From an uncultured virus (IMG/VR IMGVR_UViG_3300030329_003631) (taxonomy: Duplodnaviria > Heunggongvirae > Uroviricota > Caudoviricetes): DNA of 64,000 nucleotides. The position numbers and the translations under genes are program-made. Under the pieces are notes generated by a model. It was not told the origin of the DNA. It saw only the letters and a list, made by a program, of their open reading frames with translations, and did no database searches. This document shows positions 55,289 through 64,000 of this stretch, piece after piece. The number at the start of each line of letters is the position of its first letter. Position 1 is the first letter of the stretch. The stretch lies in the IMG/VR virus record IMGVR_UViG_3300030329_003631, positions 1-64,000 of that record, one strand, 5' to 3'.

Positions 55289-55624
55289 TTATTTTATTTT
55301 TTCTAATTCAAACTCTAAATGTGCTATTGCTTTCTTGATACACTCAACAGGAGTGTTATGCTTTCTATTTGCTCTTAACAAATATGTTACTGCAGTACCT
55401 ATGTTATAAGTTAATTCAAAATCTTCAATAACTTTTCTTGCCTCATATTTATGATACTTTCCAATATAATACTCTGGTATCCTACTGTCTTGTAATACCT
55501 CATCCACAACATCTTTTATATTGTTTGCTATTTCATTCATTTTATCTGAGGTTGTTGTTGCAACCCATCCGTTTCTGCCTACCTTATAGTAGTGCTCGCT
55601 GTGTTTTTCTTTTTTCTTTGTCAT
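55289..55624 (-). CDS. DUF3310 (SaV-like) protein
   Basis: PEYY..EARKVIEDFELTYNIGTAVTYLLRA..KKAIAHLEFE. Confidence 0.75.
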   Translation of the reverse strand: MTKKKEKHSEHYYKVGRNGWVATTTSDKMNEIANNIKDVVDEVLQDSRIPEYYIGKYHKYEARKVIEDFELTYNIGTAVTYLLRANRKHNTPVECIKKAIAHLEFELEKIK

Positions 55625-55818
55625 CAGTTTATATCTTCTTTTTTAATTATTGTTTTATTTTCCTCATCAGCATCAATAACAAATGTTATCTCAGGAGCTA
55701 GGTTTCCATGCACCCAATCAAAACATAAGTTATACAGTTTTTCCGCAAGCAAATCTTTTGCTTTATGTCTATTAAATTTTGTTACATTTATTTTAACTTC
55801 TAGTTTAGCTTTCATGGC
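55624..55818 (-). CDS. Hypothetical protein
   Basis: Probable start MKAKLEVK at 55818. Confidence 0.5.
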   Translation of the reverse strand, partial: AMKAKLEVKINVTKFNRHKAKDLLAEKLYNLCFDWVHGNLAPEITFVIDADEENKTIIKKEDIN

Positions 55819-56312
55819 ATTAATGTTGGTAATCCTTCTATATTTCCTGAGAAATGAGGAAGGTATTCTAGCTGAGCTGGATCCCATTCTTCTCTAACAC
55901 AATAAACTCTTATGTCTTTTCTTTTTCTATTCTTAGTTTCGAAATGCAAAATTAATAATTTTTCTGATCTCTCTTCTTCGTAAGAAACATTATTTCCAAT
56001 TTTTTTCCCTTTAAGCATTCTACCTACTATAACTGAAGTTAAACAAACACATATAGATTCTTGGTTTACCACATGATCCCTGATTGAAGGTATGACTAAT
56101 TCTATTAAAGGGAAGTCATAACTTATCTCATTTTGTAAGTCTTTTTCTTCAGGGACAAAAAATCCTTCTTCGTTCTCACTCAGAGTGTGCAGAGTAGGGA
56201 ATAAAAGCCCTTCTTTTAAAAACCTTTTTAAGGTAGTTTTAACTACATAAGGCTTCCACCTACTTACTGCACCTCTTTCTGAGTCGTTCAAATTAGAACG
56301 GGAGGTTGTCAC
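55812..56312 (-). CDS. Hypothetical protein
   Basis: 166-aa ORF within the operon. Confidence 0.55.
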   Translation of the reverse strand: MTTSRSNLNDSERGAVSRWKPYVVKTTLKRFLKEGLLFPTLHTLSENEEGFFVPEEKDLQNEISYDFPLIELVIPSIRDHVVNQESICVCLTSVIVGRMLKGKKIGNNVSYEEERSEKLLILHFETKNRKRKDIRVYCVREEWDPAQLEYLPHFSGNIEGLPTLMP

Positions 56313-56649
56313 CCTCAGAGTCTTTAGAAGAAACTTCAGGAGCCGCGCCTACAAAAACATCAAAGTCTTTATACATGCCTTGACCACTCTTATTTTTCTT
56401 CTTTCCTTTGTAAATTATCTTAACTCCAGATCCTATAGATACTTGAGAAAGATATTTTTTAAGAACAGTTGGACACCATACGTTTAACTCTATGCCATCT
56501 GAGTCTTTTACACAGCATAAAGTCTGATTGTAAGATCCAACATTGTCTTTTCTTTCAATTAGAGTTCCCTCTAATTCTGGTGAAGCTTCGGGGTCCCATT
56601 TTTCTCTCTCTTCGAACCCGCCGTCTTCGATTTTTTTCCATTCTGTCAT
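56293..56649 (-). CDS. ssb: Single-stranded DNA-binding protein (OB fold)
   Basis: Beta-rich OB-like core; acidic tail ending DNLPF. Confidence 0.65.
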   Translation of the reverse strand: MTEWKKIEDGGFEEREKWDPEASPELEGTLIERKDNVGSYNQTLCCVKDSDGIELNVWCPTVLKKYLSQVSIGSGVKIIYKGKKKNKSGQGMYKDFDVFVGAAPEVSSKDSEGDNLPF

Positions 56650-56677
56650 AATATGAAAATTTAGTTAATAAATAAAG

Positions 56678-56890
56678 TTAATTGTCTATACTTTTTCTTA
56701 TGTCATCTATAGATTTCTTAAAAGGTTTATGATGCTCTCTTTCAATACTAAGCAAGACTCTTTTAACTCTAGAGACAGAAGATCTGTTGTTCTTCACCTC
56801 TAGTGTAGCTAAGTCTTTCTCCATACTAATAAGAGCTTTTATATAATCCCTCAAAGGTTCTAATAGAATCCTATTTTTGTTACTACTCAT
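56678..56890 (-). CDS. Small helical protein, possibly related to the Bacteroidota histone H1-like (Hc1) family
   Basis: KNNRSSVSRVKRVL..DIRKSI recalls the GNKxAxxRxRK pattern. Confidence 0.35.
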   Translation of the reverse strand: MSSNKNRILLEPLRDYIKALISMEKDLATLEVKNNRSSVSRVKRVLLSIEREHHKPFKKSIDDIRKSIDN

Positions 56891-57188
56891 TTTTAAATTT
56901 GTTTTTCAGTTCTTCTGTCAATTCATTCATTCTTATAGATATTCTGACATCTATGCCCACTGACTTACAGAGTCTAAGAACCTGCATCTGTTTAACCCTA
57001 ACGTTAGCATTCATAGGATCTTCAGCGTTCATAAAGTTAGAAAATTTCTTGTAGTCAAACTCTCCCAGTCTACACACATGGTAAAGAGTTGTATTAAGTT
57101 CTTTTATTCTTTTTCTAAGTAACTTCTTTAACTCTTTACTGCATATAACTACATCTATCTTATCTCTCTTCTTCTTCAGCACGTTCAC
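56883..57188 (-). CDS. HTH (Cro/CI-like) DNA-binding protein
   Basis: LRKRIKELNTTLYHVCRLGEFDYKKFSNFMN..VLRLCKSVGI. Confidence 0.5.
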   Translation of the reverse strand: MNVLKKKRDKIDVVICSKELKKLLRKRIKELNTTLYHVCRLGEFDYKKFSNFMNAEDPMNANVRVKQMQVLRLCKSVGIDVRISIRMNELTEELKNKFKNE

Positions 57189-57390
57189 CCAAGTACATAA
57201 ATTGAACTAACTCCTCTATTGGTAAATCCACTATAACATCTTTGCCTCCAATTAAATACACAACAGATTTGTCTTTTCCATCAGGGTTTCTCCAACTCCT
57301 CATGTATAAAACACTACTCTCTCTTATGTATATATCTCCTATGGATTCTCCTTTTTTACTAAGTGACGGTACTCTAATCATTTTCTTCAT
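57160..57390 (-). CDS. Small beta-rich hypothetical protein
   Basis: 76 aa; preceded by a -7 box. Confidence 0.55.
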   Translation of the reverse strand: MKKMIRVPSLSKKGESIGDIYIRESSVLYMRSWRNPDGKDKSVVYLIGGKDVIVDLPIEELVQFMYLGERAEEEER

Positions 57391-57411
57391 TTTTTTTATT
57401 CATACAATCTG

Positions 57412-57419
57412 CAAATATA
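57412..57419 (-). promoter_or_regulatory. Bacteroidota -7 promoter box (TATATTTG), minus strand
   Basis: CAAATATA on +, intergenic, upstream of the start at 57390. Confidence 0.6.
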
Positions 57420-57423
57420 ATAA

Positions 57424-57792
57424 TTATTTTCCAATCCAAATGTAAACACCACAATTATTTTTGTCGTATTTATATCTATTAAATATAGGTATCATTTCGT
57501 CGCAATTATCATCTTCTATCCACCCATACTTTACCATTAAATCTTGTACTGTTTGACAAGGATTTATATAATCAAATCTATGTCTAGTACCTCTAATAAA
57601 TTGAAAATATACTTTATACGGTTTCTTCTTACCTTTAAGCATTTTTCTAAACTTCATCTTATTTTTCATATACTCTCCTTTAGTCTCAGCTATATATCTT
57701 CTAGTAGCTTTTGAATTAATAAGCATTTTTCCTGTCCACTGCTTAGAATTCTTAGATGAAGGAACATTTCCTGGTATAAATATCTTAACCAT
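57424..57792 (-). CDS. rusA: RusA-like Holliday junction resolvase
   Basis: VPSSKNS..RHRFDYINPCQTVQDLMV..IEDDN. Confidence 0.75.
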   Translation of the reverse strand: MVKIFIPGNVPSSKNSKQWTGKMLINSKATRRYIAETKGEYMKNKMKFRKMLKGKKKPYKVYFQFIRGTRHRFDYINPCQTVQDLMVKYGWIEDDNCDEMIPIFNRYKYDKNNCGVYIWIGK

Positions 57793-59612
57793 TTATCTCA
57801 TAACTTTTAGGATCCTCATCTAATGGTGTGAAAGCTAAGTTATCTTCTAGCTCTAGGACTTTGTTAACAATATTACCTGTCATTCTTTTGTTTTTAAGTC
57901 TAAGATACACCTTATTAGCATGATATATAATATCATTCTCTAAGGAATCAAAATTACTACTGTTTTTATCTATCGTTAAAGATACAGAGAAGTACGCATC
58001 TGAATTATCTAATATCTTTTCTCCCCCTCTAACATAGAGAGATGTGTCTCTCAGGTGTAAAGGACAGCCTTTGGTGACATGATTCACAGCCATAATTGCT
58101 ACATTAGCTTCTTTAGCCAACTCCTTCAGTCTCTTGCTATTTTCAAAAGCAGTGAACACTTCATTATTTCCAAGTGTCTTCATCATATTCATACTATCTA
58201 CCACCGCAAGCCTAACCTTTTTACCTGAGCTCTCTTCTAAATCTCTAACAACTGTTATAAAATCTTTTATTTCTAAGTCATAGTTATCTACGATATATAA
58301 ATTGTTATTTAATTTGTCCTGTATTTTCATATTGATATTCTCCACGTCTTTCTCATCTAATGCTCCGAACTTTATCATATCTATAAAATCTCTATTGAAC
58401 AATCTTTTATATAATCTTCTATACATTTCTAGTGTTGACATCTCCATATTGAAATAGATACAAAGATTATCTTTTTCCATAGCGTTATAAACACAAAACT
58501 CTTGAGCCACTAAACTTTTCTTAGTACCTCCCTTTCCTATTATAGGATATACATTACCCTGAACCAATCCACCACCCATATCTCCATCAAATTCAACTAT
58601 ACCTGTAGGAACATGATTTGCTTTCTTGACTAAATCAAAAACTCTCATAGTTAAATCAGACATAGTATTAACATTCATCTTTTTAGATGAGTCACCTCTA
58701 ACTCTACTATGAGCAGAGTTAATTAAAGTCCTAAACTCAAACTCTTTTATATCTGATCCAGTGTCTTGTATAGTTTTGTCTTTTATTATCCTCATTATAT
58801 CAACGACCTCCTTATTCTTCATACCATCTAACGAAAATAATCTACAAGCTTGCTTAAACAGAGTGTTGTTTCTGTCGCCAATATTTGGAACAGAGAAAAC
58901 GGAAGAGCTAGTGTTAGTGCTATTAACATTGACACTGCTCCCACTGTTGATAGAGCTAGCCTCCATGAAATAATCGTGTAGCGTATTAGATTGCTCATAC
59001 TTTTTCTCTTTTCTGTTATACACTTTCAATTCTTTGCTTTCTATTGCAATCTCAGTCATACTTTTTGAACAGATTTCTTCCCAAGGGATAAAAATCTTGT
59101 AAAGCTTTGTTTTCTGGTGTAAAGAATAAGGTAGTCGTATTATTCTAGTTTTGTTATATATTTTTAAATCTATGCATTCAAAATTACTTATCTCCTCACA
59201 ATGTGAGTTCATATCTTTAACTAAGTTGGTTACGAATGCTTTTATCATATCAGGTAGATCTTTATCTATAAGGTCGTTAATTCCTATTACTTTCGTGTCT
59301 AACCCAACATGAAAACCCTTACCTCCTGAAAAATATATCTTCCATGAATCAGGTTCTATACCAAAAAACCTATCCATATAATTCACAAATCCTATAACTT
59401 CCTTTTTTGCTTTTTCTAAATCTTCTGAGTCAAAATCTATCCACAGCATTCTCATAGACACAATTCCGTTATATCCAGAGATACCTTTATTATCTTTAAC
59501 ATAAGAGTTAATATCATCTCCGAATTCATATAGACTTATGTAAGACTCTGAAGTCCTTACTTTTCTTTCTATAGATTCTAATTCAATTATATTACCTCTA
59601 TTAGATATAGAT
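57785..59612 (-). CDS. AEP primase-polymerase + PriCT + DnaB-like (SF4) helicase; start hidden by the assembly gap
   Basis: WIDFDSED, FSGGKGFHV, DLKIYNKTRIIRLPYS, GDRNNTLF; GKGGTKKS, YFNMEM, VVDSMN, RLKELAKEANV, KNKR. Confidence 0.85.
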
Positions 59613-59622
59613 NNNNNNNNNN
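59613..59622. other. Assembly gap (10 N)
   Basis: Run of N characters. Confidence 1.
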
Positions 59623-60058
59623 TTTTAATGTGTTGTAATTCGTTTTTATATTTATCTATCTCTTTTATAACATCTTCCATTCTTTTTACAAGGATAGATA
59701 ATGTGTGAGGTGTCTTTCGTGATAGTGAATCTCTTAACTTGTTATACTTATCTGTGTATTCTTTGTGAAAGTTAACCTCTTCGTCATGTTTTTTCATATA
59801 GTGGATTATAGCGCAATGAGAAACCCCCATATACCCACCTATCTCAGTAAGTGTGAATCTCTCTTTATCTAAACCTTCTATATTATACTCTCTAACAAGA
59901 GCAATTGATAATAGTTTTTTTGCATCTATAACATCTCTAATCTCTCTTCCTTGCTTTTTAGATAATATCCTATCCATAGGAACAGATGTTATCCCAGATA
60001 CTATCTTAGCTACTAACTTAACTCTGTCAGATTTATTTAAAAATATTTTTCTACTCAT
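59623..60058 (-). CDS. DnaA C-terminal (domain IV)-like HTH protein; end hidden by the gap
   Basis: ILSKKQGREIRDVIDAKK..FTLTEIGGYMGVSHCAIIHYMKK matches the Bac_DnaA_C pattern. Confidence 0.65.
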
Positions 60059-60059
60059 A

Positions 60060-60491
60060 TTAAAATTCATTTGGATCAGGTATGTATATACCCATCTCAG
60101 CCCAGTACTTTTGTATTTTCTCTTTAAAATTATTAAACTCCTTAGTATTCATCTTAGAAGTTCTTTTTTGTCTATATATTATTATTGTCTCTCCAAACAT
60201 TTCTTTCACTTCTGTTTTTAATTTCACTGCTTTATTTAAATTCCAGTCATGTATATCTTCTTTGCTATATATTTCTCCTGACTGATTTTGTATATCTACC
60301 TGTATTGTTGGTATAGCAACCCCCCAATACCAGTCATTCTGCTTGTCACTTCTCTTCTTCTTCTCTTCCTTAAGAGATATAATAATATCCTTATCTTCAA
60401 ACTGACTTATTAGTTCTGAAAAGAAACTTTCATTCTTTATCATAACTCTTCCTTTGTTAACAGTACCTTTTAAATTAACTCTGTTGCTCAT
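60060..60491 (-). CDS. ninB: NinB/Orf-like recombination protein
   Basis: KRSDKQNDWYWG..RTSKMNTKEFNNFKEKIQKYWAEMGIYIPDP. Confidence 0.7.
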   Translation of the reverse strand: MSNRVNLKGTVNKGRVMIKNESFFSELISQFEDKDIIISLKEEKKKRSDKQNDWYWGVAIPTIQVDIQNQSGEIYSKEDIHDWNLNKAVKLKTEVKEMFGETIIIYRQKRTSKMNTKEFNNFKEKIQKYWAEMGIYIPDPNEF

Positions 60492-60732
60492 AATAATCTT
60501 TTAGTTCTTTATAGAATAGTTTTCTTGCAATCTCCCATTTCTTGTCGTGTGTAAACTCAGGGAAACATTTACACATAAAATCATACAAATCTTTTTTTCT
60601 AACCACTTTAAAACTAGCAAACATATCAGAGCCTGCCTTTCTTATACCTACTTTTAAACCCATAGATACCTCTTCTTTATTCCATTCCTTATTAAACACT
60701 ATATACCCATCTTTTAAGTCAATTTTTTTCAA
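60475..60732 (-). CDS. Hypothetical protein
   Basis: 85-aa ORF within the operon. Confidence 0.55.
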   Translation of the reverse strand: MKKIDLKDGYIVFNKEWNKEEVSMGLKVGIRKAGSDMFASFKVVRKKDLYDFMCKCFPEFTHDKKWEIARKLFYKELKDYYEQQS

Positions 60733-61133
60733 CTACCCTTATGATCTAATCCTTCTTCAATTCTTGTGCAATTATCGTAATACTCCTGGTAGTTACCAGA
60801 GTCATGAGTACCCTTCATTATATTTCTAAAGTCAATAATCTCTTGTCTCACCTCTCCTTCTAATTTATGTCTTTTATTGTATATTTTCCCACGTAGTTCA
60901 GGAAGTTCTTCCTGTAACTTACGTCTAACTCTTCTTATAGCTGAAGAAGAAGTTAAGTTTCCATCTGCAAATATATGTAAAAAATGTAAAGCTGTTATTG
61001 ATTTAGCTTTAAATCCAGCATGAATTATATCTTCTTTCCATATTGTTGCTACTAACTTGTTATCATTATCTCTCAAGTGAGGATAATTCTCTAACAGATC
61101 TTTTACTCTGTCTCCTACTTTCTTACTTATCAT
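60729..61133 (-). CDS. Hypothetical phage protein
   Basis: LLENYPHLRDNDNKLVATIW..IRRVRRKLQEELPELRG. Confidence 0.65.
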   Translation of the reverse strand: MISKKVGDRVKDLLENYPHLRDNDNKLVATIWKEDIIHAGFKAKSITALHFLHIFADGNLTSSSAIRRVRRKLQEELPELRGKIYNKRHKLEGEVRQEIIDFRNIMKGTHDSGNYQEYYDNCTRIEEGLDHKGS

Positions 61134-61147
61134 AGTTTTTTAATTTT

Positions 61148-61198
61148 AAAAAAGGAAGGGGAGGATTAGACTGCCTAGGCGAATTCTCTCCCCTACCT
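61148..61198 (-). terminator. Hairpin terminator, minus strand
   Basis: AGGAAGGGGAG / CTCCCCTACCT stem with an inner GCCTAGGC palindrome and an A-run on the left. Confidence 0.55.
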
Positions 61199-61206
61199 AT
61201 TTTATA

Positions 61207-61491
61207 TTACTTATCTTTTTTCTCTTCTAACTCTTTTGCTTTAGCCATTCTCTCTTCGTCATCAGCTAAAAGTTTAGTAGCCATGTCTTTGAGTTTTAAT
61301 TCAGACCAATGAAGCTCTTTCTTTGCTTCTTCTGACTCAGCAAGATAAGTATTTTTCCACTCTATGATAGTCGAAGCTAAAATATCTCTAACTTGCGTAG
61401 TTATACCTAACAAGTCTCTAACTTGAACAGGAATGTCATAAGGAGTTTGGTCAATTTTTATCTCAACCATTTCATTTTCTTTTTTTTCCAT
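61207..61491 (-). CDS. Hypothetical coiled-coil protein
   Basis: 94-aa ORF. Confidence 0.55.
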   Translation of the reverse strand: MEKKENEMVEIKIDQTPYDIPVQVRDLLGITTQVRDILASTIIEWKNTYLAESEEAKKELHWSELKLKDMATKLLADDEERMAKAKELEEKKDK

Positions 61492-61498
61492 AATGTTT

Positions 61499-61711
61499 TT
61501 ATTTATTGTTATTAATTAATTGAGTTAATATTTTATCAAAATGCTTGTCTAACATTTTGTTTGCTCTAGGACTGATGTCTGTCAATCCATCTCTTCTTCT
61601 CTCTAGTAAATGAGTACCCACTCTTCTGCAGTCACTCTCCACTAATTCCCAAGAAAGTAAAAGTGCTCTTTCATATAATTTTATATATTTATTCCACTCT
61701 CTCTTTTTCAT
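61499..61711 (-). CDS. Hypothetical protein
   Basis: 70-aa ORF. Confidence 0.5.
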   Translation of the reverse strand: MKKREWNKYIKLYERALLLSWELVESDCRRVGTHLLERRRDGLTDISPRANKMLDKHFDKILTQLINNNK

Positions 61712-62588
61712 ATTTTTCTTTGTAATAAGAACAGAACTCTCTAACAGGGCAATATCTAGTACATCTTATATCTTCTCCTTCTCTAACCTCTATACTTAAA
61801 ACTTCCCCTTCTGCTCCTTTTTCTTTAATCCATCTCTCTGCATCTTCCATTGTGTCTAACACTCTCAGTGCAGTTTTTCTCTTTGGTTTTTTGATCGCAT
61901 ACTTAGTTGGCTTAGCCCATCTCTCTTCCTCTGTGCATATCTCCATTTCTTCTCCTATACTGTACAAATGCTCTGCAGACTTATGTTCAATAATTCTAGT
62001 TCTTATAAATTCCTCAACCTTCTCTAAATCTCCCATTCTTATAGGTATTTCTTGAACGGCAGTACTAGGATACTCTGCATCTCTCCTTGACTGACTTTCT
62101 GTCCAGTCTTTTAAAAGAGTTAAAATACTTAGAGAATTGACTTCTACTTCGGGGTGATTCTTATGCATTAAATATCTATATATATTAAGCTGTGCAGTCC
62201 AGTGAGGTATTCTATCTCCAAACACAATACTCCAAACGCTAGTAACTTTAAAATCATGTAACCCTTTTGACTCTTTATCGTATAAGTCTAGAGTCCCTCC
62301 TAGCTTAACCCCGTCTATCTCATATTCTAAGCTAACTTCACTCCAGTATCTGTCGTTGTTTTCGCAAGCCCTCTCTAATACACTGTGTGTTGCAGTACCA
62401 AAGATACTCCATATAAGTTCTGAAGCATCTTCTTTATAATCATTATTCATTTTTAACACTCTTATTCTAGGAGAGTCTATTAGACTTGTAACTCCTATCT
62501 CTCCAACTGGAGTGTAAGTGTCATTTTTTGCTACATCTACCATTATCTGAGGTAGGTTTTTCTTGTTTGTAATTTCTACTACAGGCAT
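61689..62588 (-). CDS. Cas4-like PD-(D/E)XK exonuclease
   Basis: GTATHSVLE, GGTLDLY, DFKVTS, QLNIY, C..CTRYCPVREFC; likely start MPVVEITN at 62588. Confidence 0.85.
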   Translation of the reverse strand: MPVVEITNKKNLPQIMVDVAKNDTYTPVGEIGVTSLIDSPRIRVLKMNNDYKEDASELIWSIFGTATHSVLERACENNDRYWSEVSLEYEIDGVKLGGTLDLYDKESKGLHDFKVTSVWSIVFGDRIPHWTAQLNIYRYLMHKNHPEVEVNSLSILTLLKDWTESQSRRDAEYPSTAVQEIPIRMGDLEKVEEFIRTRIIEHKSAEHLYSIGEEMEICTEEERWAKPTKYAIKKPKRKTALRVLDTMEDAERWIKEKGAEGEVLSIEVREGEDIRCTRYCPVREFCSYYKEKYEKERVE

Positions 62589-62604
62589 ATCATTTTTTTT
62601 TATA

Positions 62605-62859
62605 TTATCTTCCAGTTTTTTCTTCCCATTTAGCTTCCTCAGCGTTCTCTCTCGTACGATCTTCCCACTCATAGTCTACATCAGGCTCTGGGAACCATTC
62701 ATTACACTCATCGCACACATACTCTACACTTATGTCAGCGTGCTCCTTACATCTCGAACAAATATCTGTTTCTTCAATAAAGACTGCACTACAGCAATTC
62801 GTGTAGGTATCCTCTTCATAATTTGCTCCACAGCAAGGACTAACTAAATAACTACTCAT
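62605..62859 (-). CDS. Small Cys-rich zinc-ribbon protein
   Basis: SPCCGA..TNCCSA..CSRCKEH..CDECNE. Confidence 0.65.
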   Translation of the reverse strand: MSSYLVSPCCGANYEEDTYTNCCSAVFIEETDICSRCKEHADISVEYVCDECNEWFPEPDVDYEWEDRTRENAEEAKWEEKTGR

Positions 62860-63226
62860 CTTCAGTTGTCTCTACATCATACTTAGCTAAACTCTTAGCT
62901 CCAACTACAACACCTTTATCTCTTATTAATTCATCTACTATGAATATATCATCTCTTTTACCTCTCAAAGAGTAGGCAGTTATACTAGAGACTATTATGA
63001 TAGTGTTCTTCTCTTCTTTTGGAAGTCCTACAACATTACCAAATGTAGTTGAGTTGACAGGTATATGAACACCTCCGAATGTAATTTCTTTTAAGTATTT
63101 TCTCATAACACCTGCCCTTACTGTCCCATGTCTTGGGATCTCTACCACTCCGTTACTTGTTATCATTCTTATAGAATGAGGAGTATAGTTTAATACTTTT
63201 GTTTCTTGTTTTTCTTTTTCTTTCAT
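62852..63226 (-). CDS. Hypothetical phage protein
   Basis: NYTPHSI..GLPKEEKNTIIIVS..RDKGVVVGAKSL. Confidence 0.65.
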   Translation of the reverse strand: MKEKEKQETKVLNYTPHSIRMITSNGVVEIPRHGTVRAGVMRKYLKEITFGGVHIPVNSTTFGNVVGLPKEEKNTIIIVSSITAYSLRGKRDDIFIVDELIRDKGVVVGAKSLAKYDVETTEDE

Positions 63227-63229
63227 AAT

Positions 63230-63856
63230 TTAAAATATTTGAAATCCTCCACAATCTCTAAGAAAGAGACAGAAGTCTCTTACATTATCTTTATCAAAAG
63301 GATAGTTGTTTTGCCAATTTTCTCTTTCTCCATGACCTTTACAAGTCCAACATTCTACCATCTCATCAGCCTCTTTAGTGTTATCAACTAATCTGTCTGA
63401 CTCATCTCCTGTGATATGATGAAGCCCTGTAGAGTTATTCTTTTTTTCCCCTGTTCCTCCACAGGTAGTACATTCTTCGTTAGGAAGATTTTTTAAATTT
63501 TCATTATATTCTTTCTCTGCTTTATCAACTTCTCCTGCGTCTAAGAGTGTTTCTAATATTCTATACATCTTTCTTGATGTCTCCATATTTATCTTACCTC
63601 CAGAGTTGCTACATCCATGTTCCATTTGTTTTTGTGTCATAACTTCGTGACAAACAGAGCAAACATAATTCCATAACGGTCTCCAATACCATACATTATT
63701 TCTAAAATACACTCCTGGATTTCTATCTGAATGTTCTCTGTAAGCATTCCAATATTCATTTACCTCATCTCCATTTAGTGTTGTCACACATCTAGATAAG
63801 ATGTCAGGCTCTTCTGTTCTTTGCGTGGGCTTAAGCCCTGTTAAATCAAATCCCAT
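63230..63856 (-). CDS. Phage protein with a DnaJ-type zinc-finger insert
   Basis: YFRNNVWYWRPLW; CTTCGGTG and CWTCKGHG; FLRDCGGFQIF. Confidence 0.7.
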   Translation of the reverse strand: MGFDLTGLKPTQRTEEPDILSRCVTTLNGDEVNEYWNAYREHSDRNPGVYFRNNVWYWRPLWNYVCSVCHEVMTQKQMEHGCSNSGGKINMETSRKMYRILETLLDAGEVDKAEKEYNENLKNLPNEECTTCGGTGEKKNNSTGLHHITGDESDRLVDNTKEADEMVECWTCKGHGERENWQNNYPFDKDNVRDFCLFLRDCGGFQIF

Positions 63857-63874
63857 ATTTTTATTTTTTATTAT

Positions 63875-64000
63875 TTATAATCCTGACCCACTGTCTGGAG
63901 GCAGAGCTCCTGATTGTGTGTCATCTTTTAAGTTCTCCTCTCCATCTGCGTAATCTTTCTCTTCCTCTTCTGTGTCGGAAGGATAGTAATGACCCTCACC
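63875..64000 (-). CDS. Acidic C-terminal end of a gene extending beyond the window
   Basis: Open frame ..DTEEEEKDYADGEENLKDD..SGL*. Confidence 0.45.
   Translation of the reverse strand, partial: GEGHYYPSDTEEEEKDYADGEENLKDDTQSGALPPDSGSGL

Noticed and set aside
57785..60070. Single 761-aa ORF as given in the track
   Set aside because: Reads through a 10-N gap of unknown true length, so frame continuity is not evidence of fusion
55438..63391. Short + strand ORFs within the minus-strand block (e.g. 55592-55897, 59853-60221, 62563-62847)
   Set aside because: Antisense shadows of well-supported minus-strand genes
1..64000. Stop-codon reassignment as in some crAss-like phages
   Set aside because: Genes are full length in code 11, and TAG and TGA serve as real stops (terL and MCP end in TAG, portal in TGA)
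1..64000. Prophage or integrative element
   Set aside because: No integrase, att site or flanking host housekeeping genes in the window

Overview
AT-rich 64 kb segment of a lytic-type dsDNA tailed phage, probably a podovirus-like relative of the crAss-like phages. It probably infects marine Bacteroidota: TAnnTTTG promoter boxes precede many genes, leaders are A-rich with no Shine-Dalgarno, and one gene product carries a T9SS-type sorting signal. The + strand (546-54515) carries a cluster of small ORFs, HNH, TerL, portal, scaffold, major capsid protein, tail ring and muzzle proteins, three likely ejected/cargo proteins (one a 4602-aa polyvalent protein), Cys-rich tail proteins, fibres, a cell-envelope/secretion module, holin, DUF5675 and a metallophosphoesterase. 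The - strand (54508-64000) carries SSB, a RusA-like resolvase, an AEP primase-DnaB helicase, a DnaA-C-like HTH, a NinB-like protein, a Cas4-like nuclease and many small genes. Most notable: (1) five tandem, otherwise unrelated small proteins share a basic leader ending in YAHN|P/S, like a Hint/intein C-terminal junction; (2) a phage-borne outer-membrane barrel, a Cys-less thioredoxin and a T9SS-signal repeat protein are encoded together; (3) the giant cargo protein has GNAT and zincin-like modules but no visible RNAP motif; (4) a 20-bp TATATACTTAGTACTTAGTA element recurs at two loci 51 kb apart. All assignments come from reading motifs by eye; no database search was run. There is a 10-N assembly gap at 59613-59622.
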